This document shows positions 1 through 11,075 of a stretch of DNA of 37,210 nt, piece after piece. Positions within the stretch are counted from its first letter, which is position 1. Every line of letters starts with the position of its first letter. Both the position numbers and the translations under genes were made by a program. The DNA comes from Trichomonas gallinae. Taxonomy: Eukaryota. The notes beneath the pieces were generated by a model. The model ran no database searches. It was not told the DNA's origin and was given only the letters and a program-made list of their open reading frames with translations. The stretch lies in the NCBI GenBank assembly GCA_008369845.1, contig MRSU01005112.1, positions 1-37,210 of the forward strand, read 5' to 3'.

Positions 1-96
1 GACGATGAGAAACAAGCTGATGCCCAGAAAAGATTAGATAATTTACAAGCTAATGCAATATTCCAGAGTCTTTTAATCGACGATGACGAAAATTAA
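1..96 (+). CDS. 3' end of a gene truncated by the window edge (hypothetical protein, acidic C-terminus)
   Basis: Frame 1 is open from base 1 (DDEKQADAQKRLDNLQANAIFQSLLIDDDEN) to TAA at 94-96, followed by T-rich 3' UTR-like sequence. Confidence 0.7.
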   Translation, partial: DDEKQADAQKRLDNLQANAIFQSLLIDDDEN

Positions 97-157
97 TGTC
101 GATATGTTTGTTATGAGGAAGAAATAAAAACTATCTTATTGTTTTTATATTTTTATT

Positions 158-582
158 TAGTTTGTTGATAAATATAATATTATTTGTAGAACGTCTCGCC
201 CAAGTAATTCAAAATATTATATCTAAATTAGCTTATTTTGATCATTAAACATGGAAATATTTGTCGCCTGAAATGTTCAAAATCAATTTTTCTAACTGTA
301 GTGATGGCCTCTATATTCTTCATATCTTCTACCAATAGTACAAATTTGTGTAATATTTAGAGATGCATTTTTAAAAACTCTATATAGATAGTTTGTTGAT
401 AAATAGAGCTTCATATGTAGGATGTTGTATCAAATGATTCAAAATATCATTACTAAATTTGCTTATTTTGATAATAATAAATATATTCTATTTTTATAGA
501 TTTCGCTGATAAATGCAATTTCCTATATAGGATTTCTCGTCCAATAATTCAAAGTATCATTATTAAATTGATTTATTTTGAT
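158..582. repeat. Three degenerate ~85-bp direct repeats
   Basis: Copies at 158-242, 389-472 and 497-582 share TAG(T/A)TT..TGATAAAT...(A/G)ATTCAAA(A/G)TAT(T/C)AT...TAAATT...TTATTTTGAT. Confidence 0.8.
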
Positions 583-719
583 CTCATGGAATATAATCAT
601 AGGTAAACTATAGATCTTTATGAATTAGTTGACTATTTAATGATGAATTAAATATAGTTTTCATTTTTTTCAACATTAAAAATGAATTTTCATGAATAAT
701 TTAAAAATAAACGTGCACA

Positions 720-1853
720 ATGAGTAATGTTATGCGAAATGACCTAAATGAGAAACTTTTAATAGCCATACAAGGGACAAAGAACGAAAACAATAAGATT
801 AAGAGCGAAATAATGTCTCTAGAGCAGAAAAATAACGAAATCGAAAAATTAATTGAAGATTCTCAACTGAGATTAGCATACTTAAAGTCAAAAGACTCGA
901 ATTACAAGACATTGCAGACGCAAATAGATACATTACATGAACGTATTTCGTTTACAGAAGAAGAAATCGATAATCAAAACGAAGAATTGCTGAAATATAA
1001 AGATTTGATGCGTGAAACAGTTGTAAGAATATCTACAAATCACAATAAGCGAAAATCTCTTCAAGAAAAACTCGATCAATTATCTTTTCGAATTATTCAG
1101 CTAACGAAACAAGCAAAACAGTTTGAACCAACACAACAAGATATTCAAGAGTCCGAAAAATTACAAAGATACATCGCAGAAAAAGAATCATTTTACAATG
1201 AAGAGATAAACAAGCTGCAAAACAAGGCAAAAGAACTAAAAACGAAAATTTCTTCAATGGAAGGAGACTTCAATGTTGACCTTTCTACACGCGGGGATCT
1301 CATAGAGGAGCTCACCAATAAAATTGCGGAGAAAGACAGGATAATTGACGATTTAATTAAAGATGAGAAAAAAATAATACAAAAGAACATAGAGATAGAA
1401 GCTGAAATGAGCCAAAAGGACGACCTCAAGTCTGCTTTGACATCAAAACTTAAGAAAGGGAAGGAAAAAGTCCAAAAATGGAAAAATATATTCAAAAGTC
1501 ACTATGATGCGTTTTGCGCTGAAGAAGATGAGACAAAAGGCTTGGAAGAGAAGCTACAGTGTGCCAAAGCAGGCATTATCGAAAAACTCACTTCTGTTGA
1601 AAAAGAGGAAGATGAAAAGAATTCAATTGATTTGCAATTGAAGAAAGCTCAATTTCTCGAGAAACAAAAGATTTTAGATGACTATACAGCTAAAATGAAA
1701 GCAGTAGAAACCGAAAACTCGCAATTAATCAAAGAAATTCAAAATGAACAAGAAAATATGAAATCTAATGAACTAAAGTTTACGCAAAAGAAGAACTCGC
1801 TTATAGGTGTTATAGAAGTCATCAAAACAAGTCTGAGAGAGTTGAATAAATAA
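720..1853 (+). CDS. Coiled-coil hypothetical protein (377 aa)
   Basis: Long ATG-initiated ORF, E/K/Q/L-rich with heptad character; no recognisable catalytic motif. Confidence 0.8.
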   Translation: MSNVMRNDLNEKLLIAIQGTKNENNKIKSEIMSLEQKNNEIEKLIEDSQLRLAYLKSKDSNYKTLQTQIDTLHERISFTEEEIDNQNEELLKYKDLMRETVVRISTNHNKRKSLQEKLDQLSFRIIQLTKQAKQFEPTQQDIQESEKLQRYIAEKESFYNEEINKLQNKAKELKTKISSMEGDFNVDLSTRGDLIEELTNKIAEKDRIIDDLIKDEKKIIQKNIEIEAEMSQKDDLKSALTSKLKKGKEKVQKWKNIFKSHYDAFCAEEDETKGLEEKLQCAKAGIIEKLTSVEKEEDEKNSIDLQLKKAQFLEKQKILDDYTAKMKAVETENSQLIKEIQNEQENMKSNELKFTQKKNSLIGVIEVIKTSLRELNK

Positions 1854-2183
1854 TTTGTTTGTAGTTTTATAATAATTGTTTGTTTAATGTTTATATATCA
1901 GCTATTTCACGTCAATATTATATATTTTTCAATCTATTTGTGCTTTATAAAAATTCAATTTGCGTGCACTAAACATCTCATTATCTAGCTATATGGTGAG
2001 AATTGAACCTCAAATTTGTGGACATATATGTACATATATATGTATACTATATATAAGTCTATGGTAATATTGACTGAAATTCTTTCTGTTTCTAGTTATG
2101 ATGATGGAAATAACTAGGTATATTTTTCTAAATGAAAATTTATAAAGGGTCTGGTAAAATATAAAAGGGGATAAAGATTTTAA

Positions 2184-2882
2184 ATGTTCAATGAGAACAA
2201 AAAGCGCACTAAGAAAAAAGTATTTGCTGGGAGGCCACATACTATACTTGGTGCAATCATGAAAGACATTACATTGAAAAAAGAGCCAAGAACGAAAAAA
2301 GCAATAGATGAATTAGCGAAAACAGATCTTGCAATTGAAGTGAAGAACCAATTACGCAAAGAACAACGTGATTTTCTTAACAGAATAACACCAAATGGTT
2401 TGGCTGATCATCCAATAAAATCAGCAAAGCTAATTTTGCGAGAAAAAGAGGATGAAGAATATCAAAAATTGCTAAATGAAACACTACAAGCTAAACAAAT
2501 ACGCGAACAAGAAAAATTAAAACAAAAAATACAAAAAGAAGAAGCAGAAAAGGCAGCGGAACTACAAAAAAACAATTCCATTCGAAGAATTAATGAAATT
2601 AAAGCAAAATTCAAAGCTCTTCCTCCAGAACCTGACAAAGGAATCACAATTGCTGTTCTGCTTCCTGATATGAAGAGAATAATGCGAAGGTTTGCAGAAG
2701 ATGAGCCAGGAAGCAATGTTTACACGTGGGTAGCTAATGATGAAGCATTAATCAAAGATAATACTTTTCCACAGCCGTTTGTATTAACTAGAACACTTGG
2801 TAATGACATAGAGGAAGATAAATCACTTGAAGAGCAACAACTTCGTGGAAGATTAATGTTAACAGCAAGAATTGAATTTTAA
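2184..2882 (+). CDS. UBX-domain protein (p97/Cdc48 cofactor-like, coiled coil + C-terminal UBX)
   Basis: LREKEDEEYQKLL helix resembles the FAF-family LRxxQDxxY helix. C-terminal LPPEPDKGITIAVLLPDMKRIMRRF...VYTWV...SLEEQQL fits the UBX fold pattern. Confidence 0.75.
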   Translation: MFNENKKRTKKKVFAGRPHTILGAIMKDITLKKEPRTKKAIDELAKTDLAIEVKNQLRKEQRDFLNRITPNGLADHPIKSAKLILREKEDEEYQKLLNETLQAKQIREQEKLKQKIQKEEAEKAAELQKNNSIRRINEIKAKFKALPPEPDKGITIAVLLPDMKRIMRRFAEDEPGSNVYTWVANDEALIKDNTFPQPFVLTRTLGNDIEEDKSLEEQQLRGRLMLTARIEF

Positions 2883-3384
2883 TTTTTGTGTTTGTGATAA
2901 TAATTCTATAATTTGGAAACGTACTACATAATATTGACAATCTATCTGTATTGGAACATAAACATATACCATGTATTATGAATTTATTTCATTTTCATTC
3001 CAAATTTTTGTCTAATAACTCAATCAAAAGAAAAATAATGAAATTTGTTTGAAATTTAATAGTATTTTCTTATCAAACTAGCTTTTGTCACGTTTTTATT
3101 TTAATCAAATTTTGATATAATTCTAATACCATTGTGATGCGTTGTATCGTCGTTTGCGAGTTATTGCCAGTATAAACATAAGTTTTTTGTGTCTAATGTT
3201 AAGTTTTCCATTATGTTTATTGAATTATATGTAAATTTAGTTTACACGTCATAATTTTATCATCTGACAAATCAGCAGTGTTGCAATCATGAAAATTATC
3301 ATCCAAAAAATACAAATTTTATTGAAGAAATCCATCATAGATAAATCCATACTATTGTTAACAATCAAAAAATTATTTAACACT

Positions 3385-6300
3385 TTATGAAACTTCATTA
3401 AGAACAGATATAATGACATTGTCTTTCTGTTGCTGAGCAATTTCAGCTGGAGATCTTCCATCGTTGTCCTTCATGTCCTTTCTTGCTCCTGCTCCCATAA
3501 GCAATTCGATGAATTGCGCTTTTCCTTTCTCTACAGCAATGTGTAGTGGTGTTCTTCCATCTTTATCTAGTGCGTTAACATTTGCGCCTTTCTCGATGAT
3601 GCTGCTCGCGAAATGATTGACACTTTCTTCTGCGGCGAGATGCAATAATGTTTTCTCGTCGCTGTCGAGCAGATCAAGTCTCGCACCGTTATCTAGCAAC
3701 AAGCGGATGAATGGCTGTTTGTTATTCCTGAAAACATACAAAAGCGGATAAATATTGTCACTCTTGTTGCGGCGGTTTGGATCGGCACCTGCTGCAATTA
3801 GGAGCTGAGCCATTTCAGGTGTTGGCTCTGCTACAGCATAAGAGAGGAGTGTTTGGCCTTCGTATGTTGTATTTGGATTCATCGCGTAGTCTGCCAATAA
3901 CTTTCTCATTGTTTCCATGTCATTCCTCTTGATCGCGTTTACCATTATTTGAGGCATAGACTGGCCTTTATCTCTCATATCTTGTGGAACTTTTGTCTTC
4001 CAAGCGCCGAGTATTTCGGCCTTGATGCTGGCTTGTTCTTGAGGGGATGAGTGCCTTGCTATATCTCTGCGCTTCGCCATGTCTGGTGCGAACATGTCGA
4101 GAATATCTATCTGGCGTTTGCCTGGATACTGTTTGAGCATTTCGTCGAGAATTTCTCTATAATCGAAAGTGTATGCGTAAGCGAAAGGAGTCAAATCCAT
4201 TGTATCCAACGGTCCCATTGCTTTGTGCGCGCAGAGGAATTTAACGATATCTAAGCGATTCTTGACGACAGCCATGGTTAATAAAGATCTACCCCAGAAA
4301 GGCATTTGAACAGAAATTCCGCTCTTCAATAATTCACTGGCGTATTCGAAATCGCCGCCGAGCAGTGCATGTCTCAAAGAAAGGAAGCCATCTTCAGGGA
4401 TGAAGTTTGCTATCTGCTGTGATAGGAAGAAATTAAGGCACTGATGTTTTCCTAGTGCTGCTGCAAGAACTAATGGTGTTTCGCCGTCGAAGTTTCTAAT
4501 GTACATGTTTGCTCCAAGAGCGAGCAAAACTTGAACGCAGTTTACGTTATCTCTGCGAACAGCCACGTGCAAAGGCGTGTCGCCGCGTGCATTTCTTAAA
4601 TTCCAAGAACCTTCTTTCTTCGCGAATAACTGCAAAACTTGAGGATGGTTGTTCATTGCTGCCAAATGAATCGGTGCATTTCTATCATCATCAGAGAAAT
4701 ATGGAGGAAGCGAATCAATCAGATACTCAACGTTTTCGACATTTCCTGCTTTGCATGCTGCGTGGAGTGGAGTTCTTCCTTTGTAGTCTGTGATGAACAA
4801 ATTCGCTTTGGCTGTTAATAATCTCATCAAGAAAACTTTCTGTGATGTTTTAGCGGCATAATAGATCGGTGTTCGTCCGTAAATATCAGCAAAGTTCACT
4901 GGTAATGTTGTTGATTCATTGAGTAAAGCGAGAGCAACGAAGAAGTGTCCGTTCATGCATGCAAGATGAAGAGGTGTACGCAGATTAATATCATATACGT
5001 TATAAGCGGCACCCATTGAAATAAGATACATGGCGCACATCGGATTTGGTGAGCTCAATGCAACCATTAATGGCGTTTGTTGCATGTTGTTCATTATGTT
5101 AATCTCGCAGCCGTTTTCGACTAATACCTGAGCGAGCTGCATGTTTCCTAATCTTGCAGCAATGTGAAGTGCAGAGTCTCCATTGTTGTTCTTTTCGTCT
5201 TTCTTTGCCAAAGTTTCGCCTTTTCTCAAAATCATTTCAACGAGAACCGGCAAATTCAACTTAGTGCAAATGTGTAATATTGTGTCGCCATCGTGTGATG
5301 AATATTTTGGAGCTTGAGAGAAGACTTCCGTTGCTATTGAGCAGATTCTCTTTACAGGTGGTCTCGGCTCAGTTGTTGTATATCTGAACAAAAACATCTG
5401 CGTCGCAAAAGGATCTTCCATAGATTTCTGGTAAGTAGAGAGCAAAATGTGTAGGTAAGAAAGATCATTGTCAACAAAATCATTGCCTGCACCGAGTCTC
5501 ATGAATATCTCGCATAATGTCAGATTTCCATCTAATGCAGCAATAAGTATTGGAGTCAAGCCATTGAAGTCAACTTCTGACAAAGACTGTCCTTCACCCA
5601 ATGCATATTCGATGAACTGCATGACGTAATTTCTGTCTTCATCAGTTGCGTTTTCTAAGAAGAACTTTATCCTGATGTTACTCGCCAATGTGTGCAAAAT
5701 TGTTGGGCATTCAGGATTCTGAGGCGTGCAGCAAACGCAAGCTCTGACTAATACAGAAACATTGTCGAACCTGCAGCTTTCGAGCGCATAATCCAAAGGT
5801 CTGAATCCTTGAGAATCTTCAGCATCAATGTCAAAACCTTTTCTCACCAATCTTTCGAAAATCTCTTTCGAAGCGTATTTAGCTGCGATGTGCAATAATC
5901 CGGTATTACCAAAAGTCAAGCTGTTAAATTTCTGCGACTGTGTTTTAGGCGAATCATCCATCAGCATGAATTCAATCATCTGGTGGCATAACTGGTTCTT
6001 CACTGGGCTTTTCACATGGACTTCGCTTATTTGTCCTGGCCCGAATTTAGAGCAGATGAGATAAAAGAACAAAGCAGGCAAATCAAATGATGTTGCAGCC
6101 TGCAAGACGTGCTTCGGCGTGATTTCTGGCTTCTGTGTGTATAAAACAAGAGCAGCACCAAAGTTGCGCTCAAAAGTCGGAACGTCGAACAGATATATCA
6201 AGTCTCTGAACGCGATTTCTTCGCTCTGTTCATAGGTTTGCAGCGCTGAGTCTCTGGATGAAGCTGCGCTCATTAATGGCGTTTTGTCGCCTATCACGTC

Positions 6301-7479
6301 GTTCTGAGATACACCATTAGATAGAAGTGTCATGAGCATTGCAGGATTCTTTGCGCGCGCGAAAAGAGAGATTAATGGTTGTTTGCCTTCGTAAAATGGT
6401 GGAAAACCATTTTCGAGCAAAATCTTGAGAGCGGCCGTGTTGTTGTCTTGTATAATTTTGTAGAGTGGTGATGCTCCTGTCAGTGGATCCCTTTCGTCAG
6501 GATTGATTCCGCATTTCACTGCAAATTTGAATAAATCAGGGTTGAATGGCTTACGTAATGCGAACATACTGAATGATTCGCGGCCTTCGAATGCTTTTAT
6601 CCAGTCGTATTTGTTTTTGAGGAACATAATTCTGCGTAAAGGAACTCTAGATGATAGAAAGGCAACATCAGAGAAATCACATTCAGCACCGAGACTAAGA
6701 AGGTATATAGCAAGGTCCAAATGTCCATTTTCCATTGCAATTTTAACCAAACTTTTTCCCTGATGATTCTTAAGATTTAAATCCATTGGATTGATGAAGA
6801 ATGAAAGCAGTTCGATGCTTCCGTGTGTAGTTACGTAGAATAAAGGATTTTCTCCTGGAAATAACATCGAAAATATATATTGGAATGAAGCTAAATATTT
6901 TGTCTTAAGCATATACTGTAGTATATCCATATCCCCTGGGAATTTCATTTCAATAAGGCTTCTACCGTATTTTTCGATAAGCATCATTACGATATTAACT
7001 GATTTTCCTTGAATTGCGATATGAAATGGTGTAATTCCGGCATGATCTGGTAAAATCTTTACAGAATCGAATGCTAAAAACTGCGCAACCGCTTCATCCT
7101 TTCCTTCCGCGACGAGAGAGTGAAGCAAAGTCCTTCCATCCAAGTCTTGTTTGTTTATGTCGCAGCCGTGATCAATAAGAACGGAAATTATTTCCTTCTT
7201 AAACTTGTTGAAAGCGAAATGAATTGGAATTCGGCCTCTGTCATCTTTAAGATTGATTGAAGCGCCATTTTCAATCAAGTAGTCAAATACTTGCTGTGTT
7301 CCGTAGAATACCGCGTAAGAAAGCAAAGAAGGGTTTTCTTTCAACGCGGCTGGAGTTGCGGCGTCAACTGCGGGCAGCTTAATATCGAATTGGAACTCCG
7401 GCGACGGAACGTGCTTCTTGAGCAAGTCTACGCGGTCTAACTGGATCGCAGCAGAGATCTCAAGAAGGGGTGATGACAT
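3385..7479 (-). CDS. Large ankyrin-repeat protein (1364 aa)
   Basis: Many G(R/D)TPLHxA...GAxxN repeats (e.g. GDSALHIAARLGN, GRTPLHAACKAGN, GDTPLHVAVRRDN, GRTPLHIAVEKGK). The stop is embedded in TAAA. Confidence 0.92.
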   Translation of the reverse strand: MSSPLLEISAAIQLDRVDLLKKHVPSPEFQFDIKLPAVDAATPAALKENPSLLSYAVFYGTQQVFDYLIENGASINLKDDRGRIPIHFAFNKFKKEIISVLIDHGCDINKQDLDGRTLLHSLVAEGKDEAVAQFLAFDSVKILPDHAGITPFHIAIQGKSVNIVMMLIEKYGRSLIEMKFPGDMDILQYMLKTKYLASFQYIFSMLFPGENPLFYVTTHGSIELLSFFINPMDLNLKNHQGKSLVKIAMENGHLDLAIYLLSLGAECDFSDVAFLSSRVPLRRIMFLKNKYDWIKAFEGRESFSMFALRKPFNPDLFKFAVKCGINPDERDPLTGASPLYKIIQDNNTAALKILLENGFPPFYEGKQPLISLFARAKNPAMLMTLLSNGVSQNDVIGDKTPLMSAASSRDSALQTYEQSEEIAFRDLIYLFDVPTFERNFGAALVLYTQKPEITPKHVLQAATSFDLPALFFYLICSKFGPGQISEVHVKSPVKNQLCHQMIEFMLMDDSPKTQSQKFNSLTFGNTGLLHIAAKYASKEIFERLVRKGFDIDAEDSQGFRPLDYALESCRFDNVSVLVRACVCCTPQNPECPTILHTLASNIRIKFFLENATDEDRNYVMQFIEYALGEGQSLSEVDFNGLTPILIAALDGNLTLCEIFMRLGAGNDFVDNDLSYLHILLSTYQKSMEDPFATQMFLFRYTTTEPRPPVKRICSIATEVFSQAPKYSSHDGDTILHICTKLNLPVLVEMILRKGETLAKKDEKNNNGDSALHIAARLGNMQLAQVLVENGCEINIMNNMQQTPLMVALSSPNPMCAMYLISMGAAYNVYDINLRTPLHLACMNGHFFVALALLNESTTLPVNFADIYGRTPIYYAAKTSQKVFLMRLLTAKANLFITDYKGRTPLHAACKAGNVENVEYLIDSLPPYFSDDDRNAPIHLAAMNNHPQVLQLFAKKEGSWNLRNARGDTPLHVAVRRDNVNCVQVLLALGANMYIRNFDGETPLVLAAALGKHQCLNFFLSQQIANFIPEDGFLSLRHALLGGDFEYASELLKSGISVQMPFWGRSLLTMAVVKNRLDIVKFLCAHKAMGPLDTMDLTPFAYAYTFDYREILDEMLKQYPGKRQIDILDMFAPDMAKRRDIARHSSPQEQASIKAEILGAWKTKVPQDMRDKGQSMPQIMVNAIKRNDMETMRKLLADYAMNPNTTYEGQTLLSYAVAEPTPEMAQLLIAAGADPNRRNKSDNIYPLLYVFRNNKQPFIRLLLDNGARLDLLDSDEKTLLHLAAEESVNHFASSIIEKGANVNALDKDGRTPLHIAVEKGKAQFIELLMGAGARKDMKDNDGRSPAEIAQQQKDNVIISVLNEVS

Positions 7480-7505
7480 CTGTCAAGAAGTTATGAAATT
7501 TCTAG

Positions 7506-7516
7506 TTTACATGTCA
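7506..7516 (-). promoter_or_regulatory. TGACATGTAAA element 26 nt upstream of the ankyrin gene ATG
   Basis: The + strand reads TTTACATGTCA. An Inr-like TCATA lies between it and the ATG on the minus strand. The same motif and spacing occur at TRAPPC8 and SFT2. Confidence 0.55.
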
Positions 7517-7920
7517 AAATTAATTGTGTCAAAAATTTTGTCAAATTTTGGCATATTTCAAAAATAAACGGTCAACATTTTTCATCAATTTTTTTTTTAC
7601 AGCTTATTAATCCCAAACTATATCAATGGTCTATGTACAGCATAAATATACTTATTTCGATATCTATATTCTAGAGCATTATCATTATTACTAGATTTTG
7701 TCTTGATTTTTTGCAAAAATAGTTTTTTCTCGAAAATTCTTCGTTTATCATGGATTTCCAGCTAGATACATCTTCATAAGCAAGGGAGGATACGACGAGC
7801 TTCTTGTGATAACTTCTTCAAATATAAATATTTTTCTTCAACTATAGATCATATACAAATAATATTGATAAGTAATTATACTCAACATGTTTATATGATA
7901 TAGAAAGTTCAAAACAATAT

Positions 7921-10776
7921 TTATTGGTTTTGTGGATTTTCATTACTAATATATCTATTATATATATCTATTAATATCTTGATGTTCTCAGTTAATGATG
8001 GATCAACGCGAAATCCTTCATTATGTGTTAAAATAAATTTTTCGATTAATAACATGGAAAATTCGAACGTAATTTCTCTTATTAGATCATTTGGACTGTA
8101 ATAAGTTAATACTCGAGCGAGTGCAATGTTAAACTCTTCCATAAGATGATCTGGAATTGATTGAATTTGTAATAAGAAAACAGCAAGAACTGGGAAGAAT
8201 TCCGTGCTAGATTTTGGGATTATGTTTCTAAAGATAATAATTAATGCCTCGTCATTGACTGTTAAATTAAAATCTGCTATTAGTCTTGTTGCTGTCAAAA
8301 ACAATCGATCTGATATGTCATAGCTTACAGAATCTGCTATGTTGATGCATGGAATGAACTCTTCAGCTAATTTTTCTTTAAATCGTTTATGAATTTCAGC
8401 AGATAACAGAAAAGATGAGGCATGAGCCATCATTAACGGTGATTGTGACAGTATACATGATATTGAATATGAAATTGCTTCATTAAAATCAATGAAATCA
8501 AAATTGCATAATTTTGAGAGCAATTCTAGATAAAGGGGACCTTTGCTCACATTCAATTCTTTAATTAATTTGTTTGTTTGTATAATAAATGGTTCATAGC
8601 CATTATATTTAGCAAGAATTTCATAAATTAAAATCTGAATTCTTGTATTGGATAAAGAGTAGTCGTGAATTCGCTCAAATTCATTTATTGATGATTGGAA
8701 AATGGCTGGTATAGGATCTATAATGTCATTACTTGAAATGGATTTGATAATTTCAGCAATTGTTATAAAATATTTGTCAATTGTTTCCTTTGGGATATTT
8801 TGAAATTGATCTGACAATAATATCAATAAATTCAACTTGATTTCGTCTTTTTCTGTAGAAAGATTTAATGAATTAATTAATGATAAAGCAATACTAGATA
8901 ATTCATTGTCCATTATGGCATATTGGGCTACTTTGAAGAGTTCGTCAAATGAATCTTGAGTCAAATCATGAAAAACTTCGATTAAATCGCAAATTGCTCC
9001 AATTTGTAATTCTATAAGCTGCAAAGTTATATTTGATTTGTCTCCACTGGATATCTTTTGTTCTAATTCGGATAAAACCATCTTATAAAGTTCTGATGAA
9101 ATTTCGTCAACATCCATTGGATATTTCTGTAATATAGCTCTAAATAAGAGAAAACCATGTTTCATGAGTTGGATTTCTGACTCATCTGATATCATAGCTT
9201 GGAATAATTCAATAAGTTCTTGAAGATTTAGATGAATCTGTTCTGGAGAAACACTTATAAGCGATGAGAGTAGCATTGATGAAGAAACTATGCAGTTTTC
9301 GTTGTTTGAAGCAATAAGATTTGATATTAATTCATAGATTTGATTAAATCGATTTTGAGCTTTTTCTGTATTCGATTTAATTAAGGCGTATATTATTCTA
9401 CAGAATGATCCATCACCTTCATTATAGTTTTCGATCAATAAAGTCAAAAATTCATCGAAATCTATTGAATTTGGAAAAAGTTCAATTACATCGCATAATA
9501 CATCAGATGTGATTGAACTTTCGGAAGAAATGAAGATTGATAAAAGTTTTTCTGCTACAACACTTGTTTCTATTTCGTTTGCAAAGTTTGTTCCTTTAAT
9601 AATCGATGATAATAATATATATGCATAAAATTGAACGTTTTTTGAGCATTCATTAAAAGTTTTGAATAAAAACTCAACAATATTTTGATATGATGAAATA
9701 AAAATTGTAGGAAAGAGTTTTTGTGCATTTGTCATGAATAAAAGCGTTGATACTAAGAGTGGTTCTTCTGGTGTTGATATTGCTTCCTGAAACTGATTTG
9801 CAAGAAATTCTGAAACAAAATTTTGTTTTAAAACGTCAAAAAGATTGTGTATAAGGGTGATACTGGTATCAAATAACTGGTTATAAGGATCTGCTTGATT
9901 ATCATAAAGTTCGCAAATAATTTGTTGCAAAATATTGAGAATTTCGATAGATAGATCTGGTGTAAGTTTATCCAATGAAAATGTTGAAATCTGGCTCAAA
10001 GCCGATAATGCTGATGATTTCATTAACCTAGGATGAACATTTATTAAAATTTCTTTTAATATCGGATATATCGATTCTAGTGGAAAGATATTGTAATTTT
10101 TTACAAGTATCATATCAATGCAGTTGCAAAGTATCTGAAAATCGTTTGAATTTTGTTCCGAAACTAAATTTGTAAATCTTTGCAGAAAGCAAGGAAGATA
10201 TTCTTGAATAATAGATTCGACATCATGTGTATCAGCTCTTAGAAATGCTTGATAAAGGAGAAGTGTGCTATTTAAATTAGAAATAATGTTTTCATCTAAA
10301 ATAGATAATTTCAGTATTGACATGTGCATATCCATAGGAAATATTGATTCTTTCGCTAGTATATTTGCTAAAAAACTTGCATGCAAAATGTCTTGATTTT
10401 CAAAGCAATTTTGGAAGGAAGAGAATATGATTTCTGGCATCGGTGATTGTTGGTATAGATTTTCAAGTAAATTAAATGCCTTATGAATAAAATTCGATTG
10501 GATTTTGCAAAATATTGGAAGAAATTCTTGTATAATAGAAGGTGAAACTTCAACCAATGATTCCGGATCGTATATTTGTAAATGATACGATAATAAGATT
10601 ATTGATAACGTAAGGAATTGATCAGATTTTGTTGTGATAAATTTTAATAATATTGGTAAAGTTGATTTTAAACTAATTATCTGATTAACTTGTTGGTTTG
10701 TATCTTCAATATCGTCGCCTGAAGGCGATAAAAGCTTGTTCATGAGTCTTTCTAATAATAATTCATCATCATTCAT
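7921..10776 (-). CDS. HEAT/ARM-repeat protein, divergent importin-beta (importin-4/5-like) candidate (~951 aa)
   Basis: The track start at 10788 is TTG; the first ATG is at 10776, preceded by an Inr-like TCATA. The sequence is L/I/S-rich and looks all-helical. The N-terminus LLERLMNKLLSPSGDDIEDTNQQV resembles the importin N-terminal LLSPDN..I..A..QL pattern. The gene is likely real; the family is uncertain. Confidence 0.6.
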   Translation of the reverse strand: MNDDELLLERLMNKLLSPSGDDIEDTNQQVNQIISLKSTLPILLKFITTKSDQFLTLSIILLSYHLQIYDPESLVEVSPSIIQEFLPIFCKIQSNFIHKAFNLLENLYQQSPMPEIIFSSFQNCFENQDILHASFLANILAKESIFPMDMHMSILKLSILDENIISNLNSTLLLYQAFLRADTHDVESIIQEYLPCFLQRFTNLVSEQNSNDFQILCNCIDMILVKNYNIFPLESIYPILKEILINVHPRLMKSSALSALSQISTFSLDKLTPDLSIEILNILQQIICELYDNQADPYNQLFDTSITLIHNLFDVLKQNFVSEFLANQFQEAISTPEEPLLVSTLLFMTNAQKLFPTIFISSYQNIVEFLFKTFNECSKNVQFYAYILLSSIIKGTNFANEIETSVVAEKLLSIFISSESSITSDVLCDVIELFPNSIDFDEFLTLLIENYNEGDGSFCRIIYALIKSNTEKAQNRFNQIYELISNLIASNNENCIVSSSMLLSSLISVSPEQIHLNLQELIELFQAMISDESEIQLMKHGFLLFRAILQKYPMDVDEISSELYKMVLSELEQKISSGDKSNITLQLIELQIGAICDLIEVFHDLTQDSFDELFKVAQYAIMDNELSSIALSLINSLNLSTEKDEIKLNLLILLSDQFQNIPKETIDKYFITIAEIIKSISSNDIIDPIPAIFQSSINEFERIHDYSLSNTRIQILIYEILAKYNGYEPFIIQTNKLIKELNVSKGPLYLELLSKLCNFDFIDFNEAISYSISCILSQSPLMMAHASSFLLSAEIHKRFKEKLAEEFIPCINIADSVSYDISDRLFLTATRLIADFNLTVNDEALIIIFRNIIPKSSTEFFPVLAVFLLQIQSIPDHLMEEFNIALARVLTYYSPNDLIREITFEFSMLLIEKFILTHNEGFRVDPSLTENIKILIDIYNRYISNENPQNQ

Positions 10777-11053
10777 GCAAACACTCAAAAATATGAATGT
10801 CTTTTAATTCTTCTAGACTAAAAAGTATAAGGTAAATCAGATATTTGCTTATTTGTGTCGATGAATTGTAGAAGATAAAATTTGTTTATCTTTTTATAAA
10901 AATATGAGCGATTTTGATGATAGACAATGGATGCAGACATTTAAAAGACATTATATATTAAATAAATTGTATGATTTGTGAATTTGACATGTAAATATAA
11001 AATTTGACGTGCCGGATGTAAATTGTCAAAAACAACTCGAATTGAGAGACTAT

Positions 11054-11072
11054 GGCGGTTTTCTTGGCCTTT
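11054..11072 (+). promoter_or_regulatory. M3-like (GCGGTT) + M5-like (CCTTT) trichomonad core promoter of RPS28
   Basis: GGCGGTTT at 11054-11061 and CCTTT at 11068-11072, just before ATG 11076. This motif pair is described for T. vaginalis ribosomal-protein promoters (from recall). Confidence 0.7.
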
Positions 11073-11075
11073 CTC

